A stretch of 25,683 nucleotides of DNA, from NCBI GenBank assembly GCA_007136165.1, contig SLHK01000121.1, positions 1 to 25,683 of the forward strand, read 5' to 3'. The first letter of the stretch is position 1, and each line of letters opens with the position of its first letter. Both the position numbers and the translations under genes were made by a program. This DNA comes from Syntrophomonadaceae bacterium. Lineage in GTDB: Bacteria > Bacillota > Dethiobacteria > PWVN01. Under the pieces are notes generated by a model. It did not search any database and was not told the DNA's origin. It saw only the letters and a list, made by a program, of their open reading frames with translations. Shown here piece after piece: positions 16,864 to 25,479 of the stretch.

Positions 16864-18387
16864 CTAAAAGAAAGCTTTTACTCCCGCTTTAACAATCTCC
16901 AGGGGCCAGTTTACTGCCAGCAGCCCAAAGGCACCGCAGCCTATTGTCAAAATCAGGATGGGCAGGGCTGTCTTCCAGGAACCCGCCTTGAAGTCCCCTT
17001 GCCCCTCTCCTCTCGCCGCGGCAGTTTGCCTGAAGGCTTCCTCCTCCTCCTGTCCGTCCCCGTGGCCGGCAGGTACGCCAAAGAAGGCCTGGATGGCGAT
17101 GGGAAGGTAATAGGCAGCATTTAAAAAGCTGCTCACCAGCAGTACCCCCACCAGGACGGGCATCCCTTCTTCCAGGGCACCGAGACTTAAGTACCACTTG
17201 CTGATGAATACATTAAAGGGCGGCATCCCCACGGCTGTCAGGGCTGCCGCGGAAAAGCACAGCATAACCCCGGGCATTTGGTGCCCCGCTCCCTTCATTT
17301 CGCTGATTTTTCGGGTCCCCATGCCCCTGATAACGGCACCGGCGCAAAGAAACAGGGTCCCCTTCATAAAAGCGTGGGCCATAATATGGTATACAGCCCC
17401 CGCCACGGCCGCCTCCTGGAGCAGGGATATTCCCAGAATAATGTAACCTACCTGGGCAATACCCGAATAAGCCAGGCGGCGAATCAGGTCATCCTGGACC
17501 AGGGCGATGGCAGACCCCAACAATATACTTAAGGAGGCCAGGTAAATCAATGGCTGGGCCCAACCCGCCCCGGCCAGGAAGGAAAAGCCGTATACGTCCC
17601 CAAAGACCCGCAGCATGCCGTAAGCCCCGGTTTTTAACATTATGGCGGAGGAAATGACGGCAGCGGGCAGGGGTGCCCGGGCATAAGCATCGGGCATCCA
17701 GAAGTGCAGGGGAACGAGGGCGGCTTTGGTGCCAAAAGCCACCATGAAGCCGCAAAAAGCCAGCAAAGCCAGGGGGGAGGCCTCCGTAACCAAGCCTCCT
17801 TGACCCAGGGCCAGGCTTCCCGTTTCTCTTAAAATAATGACGGCGGATAAAAAGAGGGCTACCCCGGCCGTAATGGTCATAAAGAGGAACTTTAAGCCCG
17901 CCTTCAGGGAGGCCTCCGTCTGATGGTGAATAACCAGGACGAAAAACATCAGGGACATGAACTCGAAGAAGAGGTAGAAGGTGAAGAAGTCGCCGGCCAG
18001 GGCCACCCCGTAACATCCCCCCAGGGCCAGGAGCATGCAGGCAAAAAAACGGTCGGCTTTCTTGTCACCTTTCATGTACTGCTGGGCATAGATGCTGACC
18101 ACGAAACCGAAGAAGACAAAAAGCAGGAGCATATAGAAACCCAGGATATCCACCCGGTAGGAAAGCCCCAGGGGCGGCAGCAAATCGAAGGTTTTCTGCA
18201 GCTCCTCCCCCCGGCGAAGGGGGCCGTAGAGGAAGGCGGTTATAATCAACGGTATTAGGGTGGAAACTGTAATCAACCTTTCCTTAAGCCCTATGCTGCT
18301 TTTGCGTAATAGATAGAGGGCTCCGCCCCCCAGCAGGGGGGTTAAGACGATAAAAGAGATCAAGATGGTGGTCAGGGTCGGGTGCAT
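16864..18387 (-). CDS. mrpD: Antiporter-like subunit 4 (MrpD family)
   Basis: FFEFMS, GTKAALVPLHFWMPDAY, IMLKTG, HAFMKG and FISKW motifs. Start moved to ATG 18387 (GGAGG RBS, no overlap with the upstream gene). Confidence 0.9.
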   Translation of the reverse strand: MHPTLTTILISFIVLTPLLGGGALYLLRKSSIGLKERLITVSTLIPLIITAFLYGPLRRGEELQKTFDLLPPLGLSYRVDILGFYMLLLFVFFGFVVSIYAQQYMKGDKKADRFFACMLLALGGCYGVALAGDFFTFYLFFEFMSLMFFVLVIHHQTEASLKAGLKFLFMTITAGVALFLSAVIILRETGSLALGQGGLVTEASPLALLAFCGFMVAFGTKAALVPLHFWMPDAYARAPLPAAVISSAIMLKTGAYGMLRVFGDVYGFSFLAGAGWAQPLIYLASLSILLGSAIALVQDDLIRRLAYSGIAQVGYIILGISLLQEAAVAGAVYHIMAHAFMKGTLFLCAGAVIRGMGTRKISEMKGAGHQMPGVMLCFSAAALTAVGMPPFNVFISKWYLSLGALEEGMPVLVGVLLVSSFLNAAYYLPIAIQAFFGVPAGHGDGQEEEEAFRQTAAARGEGQGDFKAGSWKTALPILILTIGCGAFGLLAVNWPLEIVKAGVKAFF

Positions 18388-18406
18388 TATCTTTCCCTCC
18401 GCTTCC

Positions 18407-19879
18407 TCAAAATACGTGGGCAATAACCTTTTCCGCCAGAGGTATGGAAAGCTCATGGGCAAAGAGGCCCAGGGCAAAGCAGCAGGCCGTCAGGATTATG
18501 GTTGGTATGAGCATGGCGGGTGAAGTTTCCCAACCCCCGGGCCTTGTAAAGGTGCCCTGCCGAAAATAAGCATTAACCATAACAGGCAGGTAATAGGCGG
18601 CGTTTAAAAGGGCGCTGGCCAGGATCACAAAGGCAAAGACCGTCTTGCCCCCTCCCAGGCTGCCCTGGATTAAATAATACTTGCTGATAAAAGCGTTTAG
18701 AGGCAGGATGCCGATGAGCCCCAGGCCCGCCAGGCTGAAGCAGGCCATGGTCAGGGGCAGGCGCCGTCCGACTCCGTACAATTCTTCCAAACGGCTTTTC
18801 CCTGTCTCCTTGAGGATTTGCCCGGCGCAGAAGAACAGGGTAATTTTTAAAAAGGCATGGTTGATCAAATGGAGGATTCCTCCCGTCAAACCGGCTGGTG
18901 TTAAGAGAAGCGCCCCCAGAATGATGTATCCCAACTGGCCTATGGTGGAGTAGGCCAACCTTAGTTTTAATACACTTTGTCGCAGGGCCAGAATGGAGCC
19001 CAGGAGGATGGAGAGGGAAACCAGGACGGCCAGAATGTCTTGCAGGCCCAAAGACTCGATGACCGCCGGATTGTAGATGAAATAAAGAACCCGGATTACG
19101 CCGAAGGCCCCGCTTTTGACCACGGCAACGGCGTGCAGCAGGGCGCTGACGGGGGCCGGGGCCACCATGGCGCCGGGAAGCCAGGCATGCAGGGGGATGA
19201 CAGCCGCCTTGACGGCAAAGCCTGCAACCAGCAGGAGGAAGGCTCCCGCCAGCATTGTACGGTTCCCTTCCAGGAAGGGGGCCAGGCTTCCCCCCGGCTC
19301 AAAAGCCGCCCCCGGCACCAGGCTTTGCAGGGCAAAAAAGGCTGCCAGGATGAGGCCGCCCCCGGAAAGGCAGTAGATGATATAGCGGGTCCCCGATTTA
19401 AAGGCTTCGGTACTGCCGGAGTGAATTACCAGGGGATAGGTACACAGGGTCAAATACTCAAAAAAGACGTAAAGGCTGAACAGGTTCCCGGAAAAAGCCA
19501 CTCCCATGGTGGCGCTCATGGACAGGATGTAATAAAAGAAGTATCTTCCCTGACCCCCTTCCCCCTTCATGTATCCCAGGGAGTAAATGATGGCAAAAAT
19601 CCACAGGCTTCCGGCTACCAGGGCGAAGGCCATGCTCAGAGGGTCCGCCCTCAAGGTTAACTCCAGATTGGGTAAAAGGCGAAGGGGCGGTGACTGGGGG
19701 AGCTGCCCCTGCATTACCGGTGGAAGCAGGGATAACACCACGATTAAGTTCAGGCTAACCGTAAGCAGGGCAGCGACAGCCCTTTCCCTGTATTTATCTT
19801 CGGGAAGCACTAAAATGAGGAGGGCCCCCGCCAGGGGAATCAGAACAGCCAGGGCAGGCAAATAAGTATTGACAGCCAT
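18407..19879 (-). CDS. mrpD: Antiporter-like subunit 3 (MrpD family, AMVAP..LLHAVAVVK subtype)
   Basis: FFEYLT, AVKAAVIPLHAWLPGAMVAP, LLHAVAVVKSG, HAFLKI and FISKY motifs. Confidence 0.9.
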   Translation of the reverse strand: MAVNTYLPALAVLIPLAGALLILVLPEDKYRERAVAALLTVSLNLIVVLSLLPPVMQGQLPQSPPLRLLPNLELTLRADPLSMAFALVAGSLWIFAIIYSLGYMKGEGGQGRYFFYYILSMSATMGVAFSGNLFSLYVFFEYLTLCTYPLVIHSGSTEAFKSGTRYIIYCLSGGGLILAAFFALQSLVPGAAFEPGGSLAPFLEGNRTMLAGAFLLLVAGFAVKAAVIPLHAWLPGAMVAPAPVSALLHAVAVVKSGAFGVIRVLYFIYNPAVIESLGLQDILAVLVSLSILLGSILALRQSVLKLRLAYSTIGQLGYIILGALLLTPAGLTGGILHLINHAFLKITLFFCAGQILKETGKSRLEELYGVGRRLPLTMACFSLAGLGLIGILPLNAFISKYYLIQGSLGGGKTVFAFVILASALLNAAYYLPVMVNAYFRQGTFTRPGGWETSPAMLIPTIILTACCFALGLFAHELSIPLAEKVIAHVF

Positions 19880-19901
19880 CCGTTAAAATCCCCCTTCCTG
19901 C

Positions 19902-21380
19902 TTAAAAATGGTTAATCATGGTTCCGGCAATAAGGCGGGCCATCTCCAGGGGCCAGTTTGCGGGAGCCAGGGCAAAAACAAAGGTTCCCGCCGCCAGGAC
20001 TATTATGGGCGCCAGCATAACGGGGGGTGCTTCCAGGCTGTTTCCCCCCGTCTCTCCGGGTGGGGCAAAAAAGGCCGCCACCACAATAGGTAAATAATAA
20101 GCTGCATTCAAAAGACTGCTGATAATCAACAGGAAGACATATGCCGGCGCCCCCGCATCCAGGGCACCCAGGCTCAACAGCAGTTTGCTTAAAAAGCCGT
20201 TAAAGGGAGGAATACCCACCATGCTCAGGGCGGCCAGGGTGAAGCAGGCCATGGTCAGGGGCATCTTTAGGCCTATGCCCCCCAGATGGCTGATACGGCG
20301 CTTGCCCGTCTGCAAGATTATGGCTCCGGCGCAGAGAAAAAGGCAGCCCTTCATCATGGCATGGGCGAATATATGGAAAAGGGCTCCCGTTAAGGCCACC
20401 TCGGTCAGAAGGGACAGCCCCAGGTAAATGTAGCCGACCTGGGCGATGGTGGAGTAGGCCAGGCGCCTTTTTAAGTCATCCTGCCTTAAAGCCAGGGCGG
20501 AGCCCAAAAGGATGGTTATCACCGCCAGGGCCAGGGTTATCCTGTGCCACCCGGCCTGCTGGATCAAACCTATACTGAAGACCTCATAAAAAACCCGGAT
20601 GAGGCCGAAGACCCCGATTTTTACCATGACTCCCGACAGGAGAGCGCTGACGGGAGCCGGGGCTGCCGGGTGGGCATCGGGAAGCCATACATGGAGGGGA
20701 AAGGCCCCGGCCTTGATGCCAAAACCCGTAAGAAAACCCAAAAAGATGGCCAGGGTGAAGGGAGTTGCATCCGTAAGCAGGCCGCTGCTTCCGAAAGCCA
20801 GGTCTCCCGCCTCAAAGTAAAGGAGTATGGTGCTGAAAAAGACGGCAAACCCCGCTGCCATGGCCATATAGATGTATTTGCCCCCCGCAAACATGGCCGG
20901 GGGGTCTTCTTCGTGAATGACTAAAACATAAGAGGTGACGGCCATCAACTCAAAAAAGAGCAGCAGCCCCAGCATATCCCCCGCCATGACTATTCCCAGG
21001 CTAGCTCCCAGGGCTGCCAGCAGGAAGCCATAATAACGGTCAAGGGCGTGGTTATGGGCCATGTATGCCCGGGAGTAGATGACGGCCAGCACCCACAGGA
21101 AAGAAATCAGCAGTGCCATGGAGTAACCCAGATGGTCCACCCTGAAATGAATGGCCAGGGGAAAGGAAAAAAAGGTGTAAGCGGAAACTACCGGCCCTCC
21201 CTCTCTCAGGGCGGGATAAAGGGACAGGATTGTCAAGAAAACCAGTATTGAGGAAACCAGGGCAAACCCCTCTCCCCACCTCCTGTTCCGGCGCACCAGG
21301 AAAAATGCGGCTATGGAAGCAAGGAAGACAAAGGCTAAAATTATTACGGGAGCATCGGCCAGGGCCACCAAACTCAACAC
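19902..21380 (-). CDS. mrpD: Antiporter-like subunit 2 (MrpD family)
   Basis: FFELMA, GIKAGAFPLHVWLPDAHP, VMVKIG, DLKRRLAYST and GFLSKL motifs. Confidence 0.9.
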   Translation of the reverse strand: MLSLVALADAPVIILAFVFLASIAAFFLVRRNRRWGEGFALVSSILVFLTILSLYPALREGGPVVSAYTFFSFPLAIHFRVDHLGYSMALLISFLWVLAVIYSRAYMAHNHALDRYYGFLLAALGASLGIVMAGDMLGLLLFFELMAVTSYVLVIHEEDPPAMFAGGKYIYMAMAAGFAVFFSTILLYFEAGDLAFGSSGLLTDATPFTLAIFLGFLTGFGIKAGAFPLHVWLPDAHPAAPAPVSALLSGVMVKIGVFGLIRVFYEVFSIGLIQQAGWHRITLALAVITILLGSALALRQDDLKRRLAYSTIAQVGYIYLGLSLLTEVALTGALFHIFAHAMMKGCLFLCAGAIILQTGKRRISHLGGIGLKMPLTMACFTLAALSMVGIPPFNGFLSKLLLSLGALDAGAPAYVFLLIISSLLNAAYYLPIVVAAFFAPPGETGGNSLEAPPVMLAPIIVLAAGTFVFALAPANWPLEMARLIAGTMINHF

Positions 21381-21414
21381 CTCGATTCCACCGCCGAAGC
21401 GGCATTCTGTTAGG

Positions 21415-21723
21415 TTAATGAGGAAATTCTTTTTTCCTCAGGGAAGCCAAGGTCAAGGTGACGGCCACAACGGCGGAGAATATAACCGTTGTTTCCAGGA
21501 AGGTATCGAAGGCCCGGTAGTTCAGCAATATGTTGCCCACCAGGTTGTAGCCCCCACTCTCTTCCACCCCTTTCTCCACATACCTCTGGCTGACGTAGTT
21601 GTTGGTGGGGTTCTGGGGGTCACCGTACAGGGGCAGCTCCATAACGGCCAGGAGCAGCAGGTAGTTAACGCTTATTACCAGGATCAGGACGACCAGATAA
21701 AAGGCCGCTTTATTACGCCGCAT
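21415..21723 (-). CDS. MbhE-like subunit (separately encoded MrpA C-terminal segment)
   Basis: NLVGNILLNYRAFDTFLET matches the MrpA/MbhE N.V..IL.D(F/Y)R..DT..E motif. Confidence 0.85.
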   Translation of the reverse strand: MRRNKAAFYLVVLILVISVNYLLLLAVMELPLYGDPQNPTNNYVSQRYVEKGVEESGGYNLVGNILLNYRAFDTFLETTVIFSAVVAVTLTLASLRKKEFPH

Positions 21724-21965
21724 CAGTGGGGCCTCCTTCCCACCCTGCTGACCACTGCCACCATGAGAATGGTGGTGGCTATACCTACCGCCGCTTCCGT
21801 AATGGCAATGTCAGGGGCATTGAGTTTCTGCCATACCAGGGCCATGACAGCGCTGTAAACGCCAAAGATAATGATAATGTAGAGCAAATCCTTAAAAATA
21901 AAGACGGAGAAGGTTACCAGGAGCAGGACCAGGAGCAGCAAAAACAAGACAGGATCCAGCGGCAT
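21723..21965 (-). CDS. DUF4040 / MbhD-like subunit (separately encoded MrpA segment)
   Basis: LNAPDIAITEAAVG motif, 3 TM. ATG 21965 preferred (GGGGTG RBS); GTG 21974 is possible. Confidence 0.87.
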   Translation of the reverse strand: MPLDPVLFLLLLVLLLVTFSVFIFKDLLYIIIIFGVYSAVMALVWQKLNAPDIAITEAAVGIATTILMVAVVSRVGRRPH

Positions 21966-21970
21966 AGGCG

Positions 21971-22306
21971 TCACCCCCGGCCTTTCCTGGAGTAATTGTC
22001 TTCATACCAGGTAGCGGGAGCCACTGCATCTTTCCGGTCATAAGCTGTCTTGGCAATTAAGTGGGTCATAACGGGGTTGATGGTGGCAATCAGGCCGCCG
22101 ATTAACACCACTTTGACGCCACTGGTAAAATCGGGCACGATAAAAAGTATGGCAAAAAGAATCAACCCGGCCCCCAGGGTATCGCATTTACCCATGGCGT
22201 GCATGCGGGTAAAGATATCAGGCAGGCGAAGCATTCCCACAGCTCCCACCATCAGGAAGAAGAATCCCCAGAGAAGGCTTAAGGCAATCACGATATCGGT
22301 GAACAC
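21971..22306 (-). CDS. mrpG: Mrp antiporter subunit G
   Basis: GMLRLPDIFTRMHAMGKCDTLG and NPVMTHLIAK motifs. Confidence 0.93.
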   Translation of the reverse strand: MFTDIVIALSLLWGFFFLMVGAVGMLRLPDIFTRMHAMGKCDTLGAGLILFAILFIVPDFTSGVKVVLIGGLIATINPVMTHLIAKTAYDRKDAVAPATWYEDNYSRKGRG

Positions 22307-22321
22307 GGGAGATCCCCCCTT

Positions 22322-22594
22322 TTACAGTTTTCCTTCTTCCAGGAGACGCAGCACTCCCAGGGTGGCCACAAAGGCCCCCAGGACAAAAACCAGGGCTACA
22401 TCCAGGTAAAGGTTGATCTCTGCATACGGGGCGCTCAGCAAGACCAGCATGACTATCAGGGAGACAGCATAGTTGATAGCCACCACCCGGTCGGCAGCTG
22501 AAGGGCCAATAAATGACCTGATGAGGACCAGGATGAGGATAAAAACCAGTCCATACCGGAGAAAGGTTAACAGAGATTCAATCACTTTTCCCAC
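22322..22594 (-). CDS. mrpF: Mrp antiporter subunit F
   Basis: GPSAADRVVA and YLDVAL motifs; 3 TM. Confidence 0.92.
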   Translation of the reverse strand: MGKVIESLLTFLRYGLVFILILVLIRSFIGPSAADRVVAINYAVSLIVMLVLLSAPYAEINLYLDVALVFVLGAFVATLGVLRLLEEGKL

Positions 22595-23093
22595 TTCCCT
22601 CCAATTTTTTCATCTGGTGATACAAAGGCCAGTGCTGGACCGCCTCGGCATTCTCCCGGGTGAAGCAGTGGACCACCAGGCGGTCTTCTTCACATTCCAC
22701 CGTTATGGTACCGGGGGTCAAGGTAATGGAATTGAGAAACAAAGCCTTGGAAAGGTCTTTTTCCAGGCCCAACCTGTAGGTGACAAAGCCCGGGCTGATG
22801 GGCATACGGGGATGAAGGACCAGGTAGGCCACATAAACGTTGGCTTTAACCACTTCAATCCCCAGGGAGACCAGATATACCAGAAGCCGGAGGGCCTGCC
22901 CCGGGGTAAAACGGGTCCCTCCTTCCCGGATGAAAATAACATCTGCCCAAAAGGTCATCAAGAGGAAGGAAATTACTGTCCCCATGAGAATATGCTGCCA
23001 GTCAAAGCTGGCGGATATCAAGAGCCAAAAAACCAGCAATAGAAAGGATAAAAAGACAAACCCCACCGGATCCTTTTTAATGTGCCTGAACAC
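22578..23093 (-). CDS. mrpE: Mrp antiporter subunit E
   Basis: EVVKANVYVA, PISPGFV, NSITLTPGTIT and VVHC motifs. GTG 23093 preferred (RBS present) over TTG 23126. Confidence 0.92.
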   Translation of the reverse strand: MFRHIKKDPVGFVFLSFLLLVFWLLISASFDWQHILMGTVISFLLMTFWADVIFIREGGTRFTPGQALRLLVYLVSLGIEVVKANVYVAYLVLHPRMPISPGFVTYRLGLEKDLSKALFLNSITLTPGTITVECEEDRLVVHCFTRENAEAVQHWPLYHQMKKLEGSGKSD

Positions 23094-23122
23094 TCCATCA
23101 CCCCCCGGTTTTTTATCTTTTG

Positions 23123-24619
23123 TCAAGGAAAGAAAACGGGTTCCACGGCCCCGCTGATAAGACTAAGGATTGGGGCAGGGAACAAACCCAGGTACAAAAT
23201 CCCGCAAGCCAGGAGAACAACCGGCGCCAACAGGGGCAAGGGTATTCGGTCCATGACCACCTTTTCCTTCTGATTTCCGGTAAAGTAAGCCTGCCATATT
23301 ATGGGTAAGTAATACATGGCGTTTAAGAGGCCGCTTAGGACAATCAGGGCAACCAGGCCCCGGCTGCCTGCCTCGATACTTCCCATGGCCAGGGCATATT
23401 TGGTGATAAAGCCGGCAAAAATGGGAATTCCCACCATCGATAAGGCAGCTACGGTGAAGGAAGCCATGGTGACGGGCATAATTCGCCCTAAACCTGAAAA
23501 CAGGGTAACATTTCTCTTCCCCGTTTGAAAAAGGATATTGCCGGCGGCCATGAAGAGGCAAACCTTCATGAAGGCATGAACTACCACATGCATCAAGGCC
23601 GCCTTTATACCCCAGGGCGTACCCAGGCTTAAGCCCAAAAAGATATACCCCACCTGGGATACGGTGGAATAGGCCAGGCGCCTTTTTAAGTCTTTTTGTG
23701 TAAAAGCAAAAATGGAACCGGCCACAATAGCCATAGCCGACATGCCTGTGATCAGGCCGGCAATATTCATTTCCGCCAGGATGCCGGGGCCAAAAACACC
23801 GTAGAGAATTTTAAAGAAGGCCATGATGTAGATTTTGACCACCAGTCCGGACAGCAGGGCGCTGGAAGGGAAAGGCGCTGAGGAGTGGGCATCGGGGAGC
23901 CAGATGTGGAGAGGGAAAAGGGCTGCCTTGAGGCTGAATCCCACCAGCAAAAAACCCATGGTGGTCCAGATGACAAAAGGAAAGCTGTCCCGAGTACCTT
24001 CCAGTTCAATTGCTATAAAGGGAATGTTGAGGTTTCCTGTTATGGTATATAGGAATCCAATGGCAAACACGATAAAGCCCGATCCTATGGTGGCCAGCAG
24101 AAGGTATTTAAGGGATGCTTCTGTGGCCTCTTTGGTGCCTTTGGCAATGATGAGGGCACAGGAAGCCAGGCCTACAATCTCCAGGAACACATAAAGGTTG
24201 AAAATATCATTTGTAACCACCATTCCCGTCATGCCCGTCATTAACAGGAGGTATGCGGTATAATACCAACCTGCTTTTTGATCCGGGATTTCTCTCTCCA
24301 GGCTGTTCAAACTGTAGATGGCTATTAAAAAACAAAACCCCGTTATCAAGGCTATCATCAGGGCTGCCAGGAGGTTAATGTGGAGCTCTATGCCCCAGGG
24401 AGGCTCAAAGCCGCCCAAATATATGCTGTAACTGCCCCCTCTATGTACGTCGTATAGCAGAAAAAGGGAAAAGAAAAAACTGAACCCTGTAACCACCGCT
24501 ACAATGGGTCCGCACAATGACCTCTTCCACCGGGCGAAGATGGGGAGCAGAAATGCAATTACCAGAGAAAAAATGATGATTACCATGGGAATTCTGTCAG
24601 TAAGCAAGGCTCCTGTCAC
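23123..24619 (-). CDS. mrpD: Antiporter-like subunit 1 (MrpD)
   Basis: DIFNLYVFLEI, LKAALFPLHIWLPDAHS, LVVKI, DLKRRLAYST and GFITKY motifs; GTGA overlap with mrpC. Confidence 0.93.
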   Translation of the reverse strand: MTGALLTDRIPMVIIIFSLVIAFLLPIFARWKRSLCGPIVAVVTGFSFFFSLFLLYDVHRGGSYSIYLGGFEPPWGIELHINLLAALMIALITGFCFLIAIYSLNSLEREIPDQKAGWYYTAYLLLMTGMTGMVVTNDIFNLYVFLEIVGLASCALIIAKGTKEATEASLKYLLLATIGSGFIVFAIGFLYTITGNLNIPFIAIELEGTRDSFPFVIWTTMGFLLVGFSLKAALFPLHIWLPDAHSSAPFPSSALLSGLVVKIYIMAFFKILYGVFGPGILAEMNIAGLITGMSAMAIVAGSIFAFTQKDLKRRLAYSTVSQVGYIFLGLSLGTPWGIKAALMHVVVHAFMKVCLFMAAGNILFQTGKRNVTLFSGLGRIMPVTMASFTVAALSMVGIPIFAGFITKYALAMGSIEAGSRGLVALIVLSGLLNAMYYLPIIWQAYFTGNQKEKVVMDRIPLPLLAPVVLLACGILYLGLFPAPILSLISGAVEPVFFP

Positions 24620-24984
24620 CTCATCTTCATAAGCTCTGAAACATGGACAGTTCCATAGAAGCGATACAGGCTGACAATCATGGCCAGGGCAAAAGCCGTG
24701 ACACTAAAGCTAACCACGATACCGGTGAGAATCAGGGCCTGGGGCAAGGGGTTCACATACAGGACACCGCCTGTAGCAGGGTTGACAATGGGCGGGGCTC
24801 CTCCGGAGATGTTGCCGACGGCAATAAAAAAGAGAAAGATGGCTGTTTCCATGACATTTAAACCTATTACTTTCTTAATCAGGTTTGGTTGGGTCAAGAC
24901 GATTAAGCATCCCATACTGAATAAGAGAATGGAAACAAAGTAAGGGAAATTGGCCAGCAGCATGAACACGTCCAGCTCTCTCAC
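24616..24984 (-). CDS. mrpC: Mrp antiporter subunit C (NuoK-like)
   Basis: NLIKKVIGL and NPLPQALILTGIVV motifs. Confidence 0.94.
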   Translation of the reverse strand: MRELDVFMLLANFPYFVSILLFSMGCLIVLTQPNLIKKVIGLNVMETAIFLFFIAVGNISGGAPPIVNPATGGVLYVNPLPQALILTGIVVSFSVTAFALAMIVSLYRFYGTVHVSELMKMR

Positions 24985-25373
24985 CTTCCATCCTCCTCTA
25001 CCAGCAGATAGTACATGGTAACCAGGGAACTGGCTACCAGGAGCCCGATGGCTAAACTCATAAGGGAAATGAGGCCGACACTGAAAAGCTCCCCCGGCGT
25101 CCCGTAGCCTTCTTTGGGCGGCAAAAAGAATTTAATTCCTTCGACGGCACCGCCTATGCCGATGAAGACAATTGCCAGGTGCTGGGGAAGCCTCTTGGAG
25201 CCCAGGTTAACACCAAATATGAGAATATAAAGCACCATGCCCAACCCCAGCACTATTCCCCCGGCAAAACCTCCCCCCGGGGACAGGTGGCCGTGAAATA
25301 TCACATAAAAGGCATAAACCTGTATGAAGAGAAGCACATACCGAAAAACGATCCTCACGACGAAATCCTTCAT
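24981..25373 (-). CDS. mrpB: Mrp antiporter subunit B (MnhB domain)
   Basis: YVIFHGHLSPGGGFAGG motif; first gene of the operon. Confidence 0.92.
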   Translation of the reverse strand: MKDFVVRIVFRYVLLFIQVYAFYVIFHGHLSPGGGFAGGIVLGLGMVLYILIFGVNLGSKRLPQHLAIVFIGIGGAVEGIKFFLPPKEGYGTPGELFSVGLISLMSLAIGLLVASSLVTMYYLLVEEDGR

Positions 25374-25461
25374 AAAGGTATACCCCGCTTTGCATCGGTT
25401 TCTTAAGTAAAAAAGCCTGATAACACTGTATTCCCCCAGTTCTCTTAAATCTCCTTCCAGC

Positions 25462-25479
25462 TTGTGAAAGTTATAACAT
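25462..25479. promoter_or_regulatory. Rex-like operator overlapping a putative extended -10 (TGtTATAAC, minus strand) of the Mrp operon
   Basis: TTGTGAA-AGTT-ATAACAT has 2 mismatches to TTGT(G/T)AA-N4-TT(A/C)ACAA. Confidence 0.4.

Noticed and set aside
127-24943. Numerous + strand and alternative-frame ORFs (e.g. 1909-2778, 5629-6477, 7111-7821, 18977-19660)
   Set aside because: Shadow ORFs antisense to well-supported GC-rich genes, with no recognisable motifs.
14568-25373. Calling the operon complex I (nuo), Ech/Hyf/Mbh hydrogenase or Ehr
   Set aside because: No NuoH-like, Fe-S, [NiFe] or flavin subunit is encoded, and mrpE/F/G/B are present.
25374-25460. Na+ or other riboswitch in the Mrp leader
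   Set aside because: Only weak hairpins and a short T run; I could not recognise an aptamer. An Rfam cmscan would settle it.
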